Shown: piece by piece, positions 37,737 through 47,139 of the stretch
How the letters are laid out: each line of letters opens with the position of its first letter
Position numbering within the stretch: position 1 is the first letter of the stretch
Virus record (IMG/VR): IMGVR_UViG_3300033463_000038
Location: 1 to 64,000 of that record
Length of the DNA stretch: 64,000 bases
Origin: a virus
Taxonomy: Duplodnaviria > Caudoviricetes
Direction: 5' to 3' (one strand)
The notes under the pieces: generated by a model
The model's database searches: none
Seen by the model: the letters and a program-made list of their open reading frames with translations, nothing else
Told to the model about the DNA's origin: nothing
Program-made: the position numbers and the translations under genes

Positions 37737-38342
37737 ATGATTGACAATCGCGAAATTTTCAGCCGCATAAAGGTAGCAAAGCTCGACATCGACAGCGATA
37801 ATCCTAGTTATCGCATCGCCTGGAATTTTATCCGTGGAAAGATCACGGGATCGAAATTCGCTTCGATCATCTTCCAAGACCAGGATGTTTTAGATAAAGC
37901 TGGAATCGGAGGATTCTATACTAATCGGTCGTTCGTCAACATCCTCTACCTCAGCAAGGACTATCTCAAGAACGGTAAAATCTGGTTCAAGGACGATGAA
38001 TCCGCTGCAGTATTTCTTCACGAATGCTCTCACTATATTCATCTCGTGAGCAATCAGGGCCGTTATTCACAAAAAGATGATGAGATCGTAACTAGCCTCC
38101 CTCCAGCTAATCCTACGAAAGTCAATCCGAAGAGCAGATATTACGCTGAACGAGAAGCCTGGTTCCTTTCGCTCAACATGAACAAAGTATTCAGGCTCAA
38201 CCTTCTCGACGAGATCAACAAGATCAACACACACAACATGCTGCTGGTCGAAAAGTCTCTCGGCCAGCGCAAGATCTCGATGGATGAAGTCAAGAAGATC
38301 GAAACATCAATGACGATCGACCAGTTCCACTGGAAAGCCTAG
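37737..38342 (+). CDS. putative zinc metallopeptidase
   Basis: GGFY, FLHECSH, later E..AW. Confidence 0.6.
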   Translation: MIDNREIFSRIKVAKLDIDSDNPSYRIAWNFIRGKITGSKFASIIFQDQDVLDKAGIGGFYTNRSFVNILYLSKDYLKNGKIWFKDDESAAVFLHECSHYIHLVSNQGRYSQKDDEIVTSLPPANPTKVNPKSRYYAEREAWFLSLNMNKVFRLNLLDEINKINTHNMLLVEKSLGQRKISMDEVKKIETSMTIDQFHWKA

Positions 38343-39115
38343 ATGAACTCGCCGAGGATCTCGCAACGGAATTGATCCTTGTCGAAGTTCTTCTTCGCAG
38401 TCTCTAGCCATTCCTTTGAACGCTCAGGACGGCAGTTCCACTTCACTCGATGCGGAACCCACGAGTTCTTTTCATCTAGCGCATGTTCGTATATCTTGTA
38501 GAACGTAGTCTCTTTCTTATGCGGAGTCGATAGGAATATCGTCTGCGCATCTTTGCGAGCCATCATGACTGGCAGGATGCACTTCATCAGCTCTTCGAAG
38601 TCGAAGTCGTCGATATACGCTGCTTCGTCGATCACGAAGAGATCGATCGTGCGTCCATGAAGCATAGCAGAGTTCGCAGAGCAGGAGAAAATTCTGCTGT
38701 TGTTCTCGAACTGGATGATCTCCTTTCGGTTAAGCTTCGTATCGAGACGCATATACTCGGGCAGCTTTATGAGGATCTCTTTGACACGCTGCAAGATCTC
38801 GTTAGCCTGAGCCCATTTTCTAGACATCAAGCACACGTTACGATCATTGTGGAATAGAGCATACCATAGCGCATAGGCTGCGATCAAAGTCGTCTTACCA
38901 GACTGTCTTGGCGCAATTAGAACGTGTCCTCGCTTTGCGTTCGGATCGAAAGCCGTTTCCTTGAAAGACTTTAGAACCTTCTTCTGCCATCTGAACGGCT
39001 TGAACTCTTGGTCGCCCTCTGGGCCTAGAATCGTGCAAAACTTGAGAAATCTCGCCGGATTCTCACTGCACTTGTGGATTGTTTTCACTTGATTGAATGT
39101 GAGTTTCAAATTCAT
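38339..39115 (-). CDS. terminase large subunit-like ATPase domain, stand-alone paralogue
   Basis: PFRWQ, PRQSGKTT, F.N.SRI, HGRT..FVIDEAAYI, LSTP, FY.IY, ends F.CE...EFI. Confidence 0.88.
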   Translation of the reverse strand: MNLKLTFNQVKTIHKCSENPARFLKFCTILGPEGDQEFKPFRWQKKVLKSFKETAFDPNAKRGHVLIAPRQSGKTTLIAAYALWYALFHNDRNVCLMSRKWAQANEILQRVKEILIKLPEYMRLDTKLNRKEIIQFENNSRIFSCSANSAMLHGRTIDLFVIDEAAYIDDFDFEELMKCILPVMMARKDAQTIFLSTPHKKETTFYKIYEHALDEKNSWVPHRVKWNCRPERSKEWLETAKKNFDKDQFRCEILGEFI

Positions 39116-39229
39116 GAGTTACCTCTTCAAGTATTTATGATACTAGACGTCTGCTAAGGCATAGGACTTTCCTGATTCAAAGTAGACCTGGATTGCATTT
39201 CTACAACCGAACTATCTACTCTTGTCAAG

Positions 39230-39241
39230 TATTTATAAATA
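39230..39241. promoter_or_regulatory. palindromic late promoter (TATAAATA on both strands)
   Basis: TATTTATAAATA between divergent genes; extra CATAAATA on minus strand at 39132-39139. Confidence 0.75.
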
Positions 39242-39257
39242 ACATGAGGTAAATTGC

Positions 39258-41954
39258 ATGAGCATAGATTATACGAAAGTCACGCACGAATCAATGCTTA
39301 CGGACTGGAACAACCGTGTTCTAGCAGACGAGAAGTACAAGAACTTGAGCAAAGCGAGCATCTATTCCTATATGCAGGAATTCATCGCTGGCGTGTTCGA
39401 CATGACTAACTACTATATTCAACGTACAGCAGAGGAGAACTATCTCGACACTGCTAAACTCGACTCGAGCAGCATAAAGCTCTCTCACAATCTTGGATAT
39501 CAGCCGAAGAGAGCAATTCCAGCGACTGGAAACGTTACGTTAGAACTGAGAGGTCCTCTTCCTGCTAATCTGAAGGCAGACGACGTGATCTGGCTCAACA
39601 ACGAAAGTCTCTCTTTCTCGTTCAACAATCACGACTTCATGCTTGACGCTTGCTACTCGTACAGGCTCACTGCAGAAGATATCGCTCAGGGCACGAGCAG
39701 CTCATGGAGCAAGAGAATCACGTACGCAGTGAACGGATACGAATCACAGAGAGACGGCTATATCGCTCTAGACGGAAAGAAGACCGTATCTTATGGAACT
39801 AAGCTTCATCCGATCCGTGTTCTCCAGGGCAAGAAAGTAACAAAGATAATCGATCCGGTGACCAATTCGAGCCAGGTTGGAATGGCTTATCAAGAGTATG
39901 ATATCGACGATCTGAGTTTCTCTAACTGGTACGGAAAGAGAGATCCGTTCGCTTATGTGAACGGACAGTATGACAAGAAATACGGCCTCTGCAAGATAGG
40001 CATCGGAAAGAACATCGAGTCTGCGTTCAGTGAAGAGAATCTCTACGAGATCGAAGACGAAGCAGTCGAATTGAACAGCACTGGAGCTTGGAACGTCGTA
40101 TGTCTCAAGTCCAACTGGGACAAGACTGTCCGTCTGTACTTCGGAAACGGCGTAAGCAGCTCATCTGGACTGGTAAGCATAGATGACCAGATATATGTGC
40201 AATATGTTGTTACTGACGGCTCTGACGCTAACTATCCCGATGCTCTCGAATCTGAGCTTCAGATGTCTGGAAGAGTTTACGCATCTTCTCCCGGAAAGAC
40301 GTACGAAGTCACTAGCAACGTCAGATTCATATTCACTGGACCGGTTCATGGCGGAACTGATTTCGAATCACGCGAAAGCATGAACAGAAACGCTAAGCTC
40401 TATTACGCATCGTCCGGAAAGCTCATCACGCTTCCTGACTACATGTCGTATCTTCTCACGATCACGGATCCGATCACAGTCAAGCACGCTATCGCATTTG
40501 GCGAGAATCAGCTCGAAGAGGCAGGAATCGAACACAGCTCTGCACTGTCGAATCTCGTCATATACAACGTCTTCTCAGACATCTACAGAGAATCAGATGG
40601 AAGATATCGTCCTTTGAACGTATTTGACGAAGATGAAGATGTCACTGGAGCTTCTCTATATTACGACTACGAGACGTACATGGCTCATCTTCTCGACATG
40701 ACAGAGTTTATGCTAGCTCCGAAGAAGTCAGTCGAAGCCCAGTATGGAGATCACACTACGTTCGGTCGATGGTGCGCTCAGATCCGTTCTGACGCTTCGG
40801 ACCGCATGATGATGAACAGCAAGCTCATCTCTATGCCTCCTCTATTCCACTATTATGACGTAGTAGGAGAGGTTCAGGTAGATAGACATGTCGACATGGC
40901 TGAATATCAGGCTGAACTAGAGAACAGCATCTATCGTTGGCTGTCTGTGAATACAACGTTCAAGACGCCCATCTTCAAGTCCGATATCGTCAACAAGATC
41001 CTCGAAAATCCTTCTTCAAAGCGTGTCAACATCGACATCAAGGTCTCAGAATGGATCAAGGGTGAAGAACACACGTATCGCTTCGAGCCAGGAACTGTCA
41101 GTAAGAGCATCAATATTCTAACTCTTCCAGCGAACGACATGAACGGAAACGACATGAGACCGATTCTGCAAGAGATGGTCGGCAAAGACGTCCTTCTCAC
41201 GATTCACGATGACGGAGAAGGAAGTGCAGAGAGATTCAGAATCGAAGATGTCAGTTTTGATGCTGATCACGTGTACTGCACGCTGAATGTAGAACCCGGA
41301 GACGTGAGCGATTCGTACGTCGATCTTACGTTCGACTCTACTTCGCTGTACAGCAAGGGAAATCTCACTGGAATCGACTACGACTTCATGATAGCGGTTC
41401 AGAGATGGATCAACAGCCGAACTACAGTGATAGGAACAAACGACAGACCGATTCCGCTCCCATATACAGTCGACTTCGGCATCGGAGATCTTCCAGAGAA
41501 TCTCAGAGGATTCGCAGAAGAGCTGAGCTGCGATGAAGCTCTGCTGGAAATGCTCCAAAACGGTCATATAGCGTCCATTTCAGGCACTACTAGGCAGTCG
41601 CTAATATTAGTCCTAAAGAACTCCATAAACATGCTAAAACTGCTCTTAAAGGGCAAGTTGGAATACTACCAGAAGGATATCGTCAGAAACGAGACGATGG
41701 AGAGAATGGGAGCTAACAACGTAGACCTCTCGTTGAATCTCAGTGAAGAAGCATTTAACTACTTCCTCGCCGACGCAGTAAAGGCTGGAACTGTCACATG
41801 GGACACAGTAAAGGCAGATTTCCCGTACATCTATCCTGCACTGAAGGTCGTATTCGACGACAACATCCTAGACGACAACAACAACATCGTCAACTTCAGC
41901 TCGGATCGAGACATTCCAGTCGTACGCCTTAGATTGAGATACAAATACGCTTAA
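39258..41954 (+). CDS. gp6: baseplate wedge protein
   Basis: E.YLDTAKL.SS..KL..NLGYQP.R..PA, V.QG, FGNG, Y..T.G..AN, GG.D.ES, T..DY. Confidence 0.88.
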   Translation: MSIDYTKVTHESMLTDWNNRVLADEKYKNLSKASIYSYMQEFIAGVFDMTNYYIQRTAEENYLDTAKLDSSSIKLSHNLGYQPKRAIPATGNVTLELRGPLPANLKADDVIWLNNESLSFSFNNHDFMLDACYSYRLTAEDIAQGTSSSWSKRITYAVNGYESQRDGYIALDGKKTVSYGTKLHPIRVLQGKKVTKIIDPVTNSSQVGMAYQEYDIDDLSFSNWYGKRDPFAYVNGQYDKKYGLCKIGIGKNIESAFSEENLYEIEDEAVELNSTGAWNVVCLKSNWDKTVRLYFGNGVSSSSGLVSIDDQIYVQYVVTDGSDANYPDALESELQMSGRVYASSPGKTYEVTSNVRFIFTGPVHGGTDFESRESMNRNAKLYYASSGKLITLPDYMSYLLTITDPITVKHAIAFGENQLEEAGIEHSSALSNLVIYNVFSDIYRESDGRYRPLNVFDEDEDVTGASLYYDYETYMAHLLDMTEFMLAPKKSVEAQYGDHTTFGRWCAQIRSDASDRMMMNSKLISMPPLFHYYDVVGEVQVDRHVDMAEYQAELENSIYRWLSVNTTFKTPIFKSDIVNKILENPSSKRVNIDIKVSEWIKGEEHTYRFEPGTVSKSINILTLPANDMNGNDMRPILQEMVGKDVLLTIHDDGEGSAERFRIEDVSFDADHVYCTLNVEPGDVSDSYVDLTFDSTSLYSKGNLTGIDYDFMIAVQRWINSRTTVIGTNDRPIPLPYTVDFGIGDLPENLRGFAEELSCDEALLEMLQNGHIASISGTTRQSLILVLKNSINMLKLLLKGKLEYYQKDIVRNETMERMGANNVDLSLNLSEEAFNYFLADAVKAGTVTWDTVKADFPYIYPALKVVFDDNILDDNNNIVNFSSDRDIPVVRLRLRYKYA

Positions 41955-41966
41955 GGAACCTGAGAA

Positions 41967-42884
41967 ATGGCAGCGATAACGTATCAAAGACAGAAGAACA
42001 ACAAAGAGGTTACAGTAACCCGTTCTGCGACGAGAGATTCTCAGACATTGACCGAGACCGCAGTTCTGAAGCCGTACATGTATGACGTCACTACGATAAC
42101 GATCAGTGGAGACGAGAGCGTAACTCTAGAGAAACTCCATCTTGGGCTAAGCGAGGTCTTAGGAGACGAGAGAAAGTCGATCGACTTCAACATGATGACG
42201 AGATTTTCTGAAAATAGCGAAGATGAGTGGGACGAGAGAGTCTTCTACGGAAGATTAGTGCCCAACGAAGTTGTCGGCGGAAGCGACTTGACGATCTACA
42301 TACCTCATAAGTGCTATAGCGATGGAGTCGAGAGTGGCTATCTCGATTCTGTCGTCAGAATCTCGTTAGATCACGATGGAGAAGACATATCAGTAGCATA
42401 TCGAACGAATATTCCGCCTTGCGTCATAAACGGAGTTCCAAAGAAGAGAAACCCAGACGATGAAGATCCTGTGCTTCCAGCTGCAGCTGATCGAGTGGAC
42501 TTTGGAAAGGGCATTATTCCAAGCTATTACGATAACAGCAGAGGCTATCAAGCGGACTATCTGTTCACAAACTCGATTGCAGTGTACCAGATCGAAGCGA
42601 GCGGATTCATCCCAGAACAGATCAGTGGAGAGTACGGATTCACGTCAGTGAGCGCTTTCATGAGAAACCCAAACACGGACATGAAGGCATCTCTTCATAT
42701 CGTAAGCTCAGCTTCTGGGCAAAGTTCGATGGACGTGATGGAAATTGACGGGATATCTGCTCCGTTCACTGCCGATTTCGACGTTCACAGATGGACATAC
42801 AATCTGATTTCTGACGCTTATTCTGCGAGTTCTGGAGTAATATACTCCGATGCAGAGATTTCAGCAACGTTTGAAGAGATATAA
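41967..42884 (+). CDS. hypothetical structural protein
   Basis: Between gp6 and tail tube; AAGGA SD. Confidence 0.65.
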   Translation: MAAITYQRQKNNKEVTVTRSATRDSQTLTETAVLKPYMYDVTTITISGDESVTLEKLHLGLSEVLGDERKSIDFNMMTRFSENSEDEWDERVFYGRLVPNEVVGGSDLTIYIPHKCYSDGVESGYLDSVVRISLDHDGEDISVAYRTNIPPCVINGVPKKRNPDDEDPVLPAAADRVDFGKGIIPSYYDNSRGYQADYLFTNSIAVYQIEASGFIPEQISGEYGFTSVSAFMRNPNTDMKASLHIVSSASGQSSMDVMEIDGISAPFTADFDVHRWTYNLISDAYSASSGVIYSDAEISATFEEI

Positions 42885-42918
42885 ATAACTAGTAAAAGAG
42901 TAAATTTAGGAGAATTTC

Positions 42919-43548
42919 ATGGCTGTAGAGAACGATATGAACGTATTCACGAGCGAGATCGACAACTTTCGTGACCTCGCTAAAGACTATCTATGGCAAG
43001 CAGTGATCATCCCAGAAGAGGGCACTCCGCTCGCAGAGCTGTTCAAGGCTCTCGGTGGAACTCGTCAGTTCACGTTGAGATGTCGTGCAGCAGCTCTTCC
43101 ACAGAGATCTGTCGAAAGTAAGCTAGAGACTCACTGGCAAGGATCCAAGAAGGTCTTCCCGGGTCGTACAAAGATGGACGGTTCAATTCCTCTGAAGTTC
43201 GACGAATTCCAGGACTGGACGACCTCTCACATGTTCCAAGCATGGATGAACCTGATTCACAACTGCGATATCGGCCAAGACGGCGGAGACTCTGCTGTGT
43301 ACTTCGACCAGAAGACTGGCGCTTCTGTGTCCAACTTCATGAAGGACTACAGCGCTAAGATTCGTCTCACATGCTTCGACTCGAGACTAGCAAAGGGTGC
43401 ACCTCATGACTACGTGTTGTACTACTGCTGGCCTGAAGATCTGGCACAGGTTACGCTAGATCAAGAAGGAAGTGGAAAGATCTCACGTGAAGTTACGATC
43501 TGCTACTCTACGTTCCAGGAAGTAAATCCTGAGCAGTACGACGTCTAA
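42919..43548 (+). CDS. gp19: tail tube protein
   Basis: CRAAALP, W.G....PGR, F.AW.N.I, Y.L...WP..L....LD. Confidence 0.8.
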   Translation: MAVENDMNVFTSEIDNFRDLAKDYLWQAVIIPEEGTPLAELFKALGGTRQFTLRCRAAALPQRSVESKLETHWQGSKKVFPGRTKMDGSIPLKFDEFQDWTTSHMFQAWMNLIHNCDIGQDGGDSAVYFDQKTGASVSNFMKDYSAKIRLTCFDSRLAKGAPHDYVLYYCWPEDLAQVTLDQEGSGKISREVTICYSTFQEVNPEQYDV

Positions 43549-43566
43549 TCAGATTAGAGGGATTCG

Positions 43567-44376
43567 ATGGCAGACACTAGCAATCCGAGAGTAAATCAGT
43601 GGTGCGGTCATCGTGACCAGTACTACGACATCGGCTGGATCGACAATATAGCCGCTCTGAAGGCTTATGTCCTTCGTCAATTGGGAGCTCCTCGTATCTG
43701 CGTAGAGCTATCAGACGAGCAGCTTACAGACTTGATCGGTGACTGCATCAGATATTTCTGGAAATACTACAGCCAAGGACATCGTGAAGACTATCTAGCG
43801 TTTCAGCTCGTTCCGGGTATGACCCACTACAAGATCTGCCAAGAGCTGGAAGAAGTCGTCGATCTGAATCTGCCGAACTATCTTGGACTGACAGACAATC
43901 TGCTGTCTCCAGTCACTAACGCTCTGATTTCACAATTCCCTTGGGGAGGCATGACTTTCCCTGGGCAGTGCTGGGGAGGTTCTGACTACGGAGACGTTCT
44001 GGGCAACTGGAACGCAACTCTGACTTGGTTGGAAGAAGCGAAAATGGACTTCGGTCGCAAGTATCAGGTCAAGTACATCAGAGAAGAGAAAGCTCTGTCA
44101 GTATGGCCCACTCCTAAGAATCCAGACCGTTGCTTATTGAGAGTCTATAAGCGCGAGCACTTCATGAATCTGATTCAGGATCCGCTCTTCCGCAAGTATC
44201 TTGTAGCAAAGGCTGGATGGCTGTGGACTCTCGCTTTGAGAAAATTTTCACTCCAGCTCGCGGGAGGAGGTCAGTTGAACGGAGATTCTCTAGCAGCAGA
44301 CTTCAAGCAAGACATAAAGGACATCGAGGAGCGTATCGATCTAGAGACTCCATATAACGAAATATTGGTTGGGTAA
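43567..44376 (+). CDS. gp13: neck protein
   Basis: LKAYVLRQLGAP.I.VEL..EQL.D.I; L.KF...L.GG..LNG. Confidence 0.88.
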   Translation: MADTSNPRVNQWCGHRDQYYDIGWIDNIAALKAYVLRQLGAPRICVELSDEQLTDLIGDCIRYFWKYYSQGHREDYLAFQLVPGMTHYKICQELEEVVDLNLPNYLGLTDNLLSPVTNALISQFPWGGMTFPGQCWGGSDYGDVLGNWNATLTWLEEAKMDFGRKYQVKYIREEKALSVWPTPKNPDRCLLRVYKREHFMNLIQDPLFRKYLVAKAGWLWTLALRKFSLQLAGGGQLNGDSLAADFKQDIKDIEERIDLETPYNEILVG

Positions 44377-44380
44377 GAAT

Positions 44381-44668
44381 ATGGGATATAAAAGACACAA
44401 GTGCATATACATCGGAGGAAACGACCAACCGATTCCAGATTCAGCGTTCAACGTATCGTCTTGGCTTGATGGCATCTACACACGCTTCGATCCGACTCTA
44501 TGTCCTGACGGATGGCCGGACATCCAGCCGTACAATCCTGAACCGGGACCAGTTCCTCCAGAACCGTCTGCTACGAGCGGTGAATTGATATACTCAGAGA
44601 ACGGCAGCGTAGACACTTACGTAGACGGTCACGGCAATACTCTGATATACAACGAAAACGAAGGCTAG
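44381..44668 (+). CDS. putative virion anchor/decoration protein
   Basis: GND..IPDSAF..SS..DGIYT.F shared with 26501 protein; Pro linker; D..GN.L tail. Confidence 0.6.
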   Translation: MGYKRHKCIYIGGNDQPIPDSAFNVSSWLDGIYTRFDPTLCPDGWPDIQPYNPEPGPVPPEPSATSGELIYSENGSVDTYVDGHGNTLIYNENEG

Positions 44669-44704
44669 AGAAAGTATAAATAATTTGTAAACTGGAGTTT
44701 ATCT

Positions 44705-45055
44705 ATGGCTAAGCAGAAACAGTTTCATCAGCTCGAGAACGAAGCAGAAAACTTCGCAGACGACGACGTCATCGCAATCGATGGCGCTACAAACAATACG
44801 AGAAAGATGAGCGCTGCTAAACTAGCCGAGATCATGGCTCAGAACGCGATCGCTGGAAATCTTGCACCAGGATTCGTAAAAGAGAAGAGCTATGAAGCTG
44901 GAGTAGTAGTCGCTTTCGAAGGAAAGACTTACAGATTCAAGAATCCGCATCAAGGAGAATGGGATCCGAACGACGTTGAGCCTTTCACGTTCGAGAAAGA
45001 AGCAGCTACTGAGGTTATTCCGAACGACACGATCGACGATCTCTTCGACGACTAA
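44705..45055 (+). CDS. putative fibre adaptor protein
   Basis: Late promoter 44675; Y..G..V...GK.Y.F...H.G.W small beta domain; ends IDDLF. Confidence 0.6.
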   Translation: MAKQKQFHQLENEAENFADDDVIAIDGATNNTRKMSAAKLAEIMAQNAIAGNLAPGFVKEKSYEAGVVVAFEGKTYRFKNPHQGEWDPNDVEPFTFEKEAATEVIPNDTIDDLFDD

Positions 45056-45155
45056 AGAATTTTAACTTTATTGATTTCTCCAACTTGAGCTTATAGATTA
45101 GCTCGATTTCTTGCAAGAAAAAAAGGTTGATTAACCAAAATATGAGAAACAAATC

Positions 45156-46706
45156 ATGGCACAATATCTTGACCAAGCGGGTCTACAAGAACTCGTAACC
45201 AAGACTAAAGAATATGCTCGTAAGAGCGCTAAGGATGCCGTAAACACTTCGGCTGCCGCTGCAAGCAAAACCATCATTGGATGGGACGCTACTACTAGCG
45301 CTGCTACTTATGGCAACATCTCTATCACGTCCGGCCAAGTCACCGACTTGGCTAACGCTATGGATCTCAAGGCAGATCTCGTTAGCCCGACATTCACTGG
45401 CGTTCCGACTGCTCCGACTGCTGCTCCTGGAACAAATACGACTCAGATCGCTACTACCGAATATGTCGTAACTGCAATCGGCAACATCGGCGAAGCTATG
45501 CACTACATTGGTGCTGTAAATAGCGAATCCGATCTTAGAACTTCAGGCGAAGCTGGAGATACTTACAAGGTAGCTACTGCTGGCACTTATCTCGGTTACA
45601 AGTGTGAAGTTGGCGATATGATCATCGCTAATAAAGACTACACTTCCGCTCTGACTAGCGCAGACATTGATGTGATCCAGACCAACATTGATGGCGCTGT
45701 CACTGGGCCGGAAACGGCCGTTTCCGGCAACATCGCCATCTTCAACGGTGCAACTGGCAAGGTCATCATGGATGCTGGTTATGGACTTGATCACTTCAAG
45801 GTCGTTCAGCAGACCTCTGCATACAGTGGTGGACCTCTGAAGACAGTCGATGGGATCTCTCAGAATACTAACGGTGAAATCTCCGTAACGTTCCAGGACA
45901 TTCAGTCTGCAACTGCTGGTCAGAAGGGCGTCGTCCAGCTCGCTACTTCTATCGGAACTCCAGAGACAGAGAACAATAAGGCTGCTACCGAAAAGGCTGT
46001 CCGTGACGCTATCAACGCTTTGGACGTGAACAACATCGATGGCTTCGGCGTTGATAAGACCCTTGCTACTTTGACTGAAACCGATGGCAAGATTGCTGCT
46101 ACCTTCCAGCCTATCCAGATCGCAGAATCTCAGGTTACTAACTTGACAATCGATCTTGCTAATATTGCAACAAGCGCTGATACTCTCAATACAAAGATAG
46201 ACGAAGTATCTGGCGCTGTCGCAACTAGCGCAGCTGCACTTGATGCAAAGATCGGTAATCTTATCGATGGTCTTGACTTTGGCCCTTATGACATCCCGAC
46301 TTCTGGAACGATTACGGCCATCTCCGAAACCAATGGTAAGATTTCAGTCACATCTGGCGCTATCAAGATCACTCACGATCAGGTCGAGGACTGGGCTACT
46401 GTTCTCGGTGGCTACAAGACCGTTCAGACTTCTGTGTCTGATCCGTCTGCTGATGGTACTGGACTCACGTTCATCGACAGCATCTCCCAGGATGTTAACG
46501 GCGTAATCACTCCGCACAAGAGGACCGTCCAGAGCGCTTCTAGCTCTCAGGACGGTCTCATGACTTCTGCTGACTTCAGCAAGTTGGCTGGAATCAGCTC
46601 TGGTGCTAAGAATGTCGCCGTGAACGCTGACGGCGTTCTGACTATCGATGGCACTAGCGCAATGGGTCCGATTTCTAAAACGGAAATCGACAATCTGTTC
46701 GCATAA
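45156..46706 (+). CDS. fibre protein (putative head fibre)
   Basis: YLD..GL start, SPTFTGVPTAPTAAPGTNTTQIATT fibre motif, four I..I....G.I repeats, GLM...D..KL.GI, ends EIDNLF. Confidence 0.75.
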   Translation: MAQYLDQAGLQELVTKTKEYARKSAKDAVNTSAAAASKTIIGWDATTSAATYGNISITSGQVTDLANAMDLKADLVSPTFTGVPTAPTAAPGTNTTQIATTEYVVTAIGNIGEAMHYIGAVNSESDLRTSGEAGDTYKVATAGTYLGYKCEVGDMIIANKDYTSALTSADIDVIQTNIDGAVTGPETAVSGNIAIFNGATGKVIMDAGYGLDHFKVVQQTSAYSGGPLKTVDGISQNTNGEISVTFQDIQSATAGQKGVVQLATSIGTPETENNKAATEKAVRDAINALDVNNIDGFGVDKTLATLTETDGKIAATFQPIQIAESQVTNLTIDLANIATSADTLNTKIDEVSGAVATSAAALDAKIGNLIDGLDFGPYDIPTSGTITAISETNGKISVTSGAIKITHDQVEDWATVLGGYKTVQTSVSDPSADGTGLTFIDSISQDVNGVITPHKRTVQSASSSQDGLMTSADFSKLAGISSGAKNVAVNADGVLTIDGTSAMGPISKTEIDNLFA

Positions 46707-46730
46707 TCGATAGGATAAAAAGATAAATAG

Positions 46731-46760
46731 AAGCTGTGGATCACAAGTCCACAGCTTTTT
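46731..46760. terminator. terminator between convergent genes
   Basis: AAGCTGTGGA-tcacaag-TCCACAGCTT-TTT. Confidence 0.8.
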
Positions 46761-47046
46761 ATTTGCACTGTTGTTCAAGCATACGATCAAGCATATATGG
46801 AGCGACTCGATTGAGCTCTATCCTCTTCTCTTTATCGTACAATGGTCTACCGCTAACTCTTCGAGAAACGTGACGGTACTCGATCACGTATCGGTCGATG
46901 AGCATATCTCGCTGAAATGTGTCGCTATCGCCATACCAGACAGAGATGTGCTCAGTCATTCCAGTCATATCGTTCTCGATACGATATCGCTCCGGATTCT
47001 TCTCGAATCGCTGACAGATTAGAGTTTTCACCTGTTCGTACGTCAT
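46759..47046 (-). CDS. hypothetical early protein, probably leaderless
   Basis: ATG 7 nt downstream of the promoter -10 box. Confidence 0.7.
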   Translation of the reverse strand: MTYEQVKTLICQRFEKNPERYRIENDMTGMTEHISVWYGDSDTFQRDMLIDRYVIEYRHVSRRVSGRPLYDKEKRIELNRVAPYMLDRMLEQQCK

Positions 47047-47053
47047 CAATTTG

Positions 47054-47082
47054 AATATAAGAAATTCTCAAGAAATCGTAAA
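47054..47082 (-). promoter_or_regulatory. early promoter
   Basis: gggTTTACG-N17-TATATT. Confidence 0.75.
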
Positions 47083-47139
47083 CCCTAATAAATAATCTGT
47101 AATAGAGTATCTTTCTATAGAATATCTTTGGAGTTTCAA

